DNA of 64,000 bases from Octopus sinensis (Eukaryota): NCBI RefSeq assembly GCF_006345805.1, contig NC_043000.1:13826001-13890000 (forward strand). Direction: 5' to 3'. The notes below the pieces were generated by a model. That model did not search any database and was not told where the DNA came from. It worked only from the letters and a program-made list of their open reading frames with translations. Made by a program: the position numbers and the translations under genes. How positions within the stretch are numbered: the stretch's first letter is position 1; every line of letters begins with the position of its first letter. Of the stretch, positions 63,840-64,000 are shown in pieces.

Positions 63840-64000
63840 ACAATTCTGTTATCTCTACCCCTTTGATGTCAGTAGGGATGATCACCTGTTGATGAATATC
63901 TTTGCTTGATAAATAGTCATGCAGCTGACTATTATATATCATTGGGCTATTTCTATCAAAGAAATGTGTCTTTTGGTTCCCATGGACTTTTTTCAACTTG
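63840..64000 (-). mobile_element. Possible LTR-retrotransposon integrase core remnant
   Basis: QVEKVHGNQKTHFFDRNSPMIYNSQLHDYLSSKDIHQQVIIP loosely resembles ..RTDNGGEY.S..F.DYL.SKGI.HQ.T.P; catalytic motifs are degraded. Confidence 0.3.

Overview
AT-rich, repeat-dense animal genomic DNA with no operons, CRISPR arrays, rRNA or intact tRNA genes. I recognise the tRNA-derived SINE families and the RTE-LINE (GAT)n tail from memory as Octopus (coleoid cephalopod); this is not a database result. Bases 1 to ~58 kb hold many transposable elements. The only long intact ORF is a young 5'-truncated RTE LINE (12.4-14.9 kb, 613 aa) with an RT domain and an embedded C4HC3 PHD-type finger. Decayed elements include R4/Dong, CRE-like, CR1/Jockey-like and Penelope retroelements, an internally deleted Gypsy (Mag-like) element with both LTRs, Tc1, mariner, maT (DD37D) and pogo transposons, TTAA-type MITEs and many SINEs. 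A few minus-strand segments with good splice sites and open frames (29.1 kb, 12.0 kb, possible first exon at 58.8 kb), together with a CpG-retaining, TATA-bearing region at 58-59 kb, suggest the window is mostly introns of an unidentified minus-strand gene; this is low-confidence inference. The most unusual features are a tRNA-headed SINE with a Penelope-type minimal hammerhead ribozyme tail plus an inverted copy (4.1-4.5 kb), the PHD finger inside the RTE ORF2, the CpG island and inverted SINE cluster, and a compact hairpin in a TE-poor block at ~60 kb. TE boundaries are approximate unless TIRs or TSDs are quoted.
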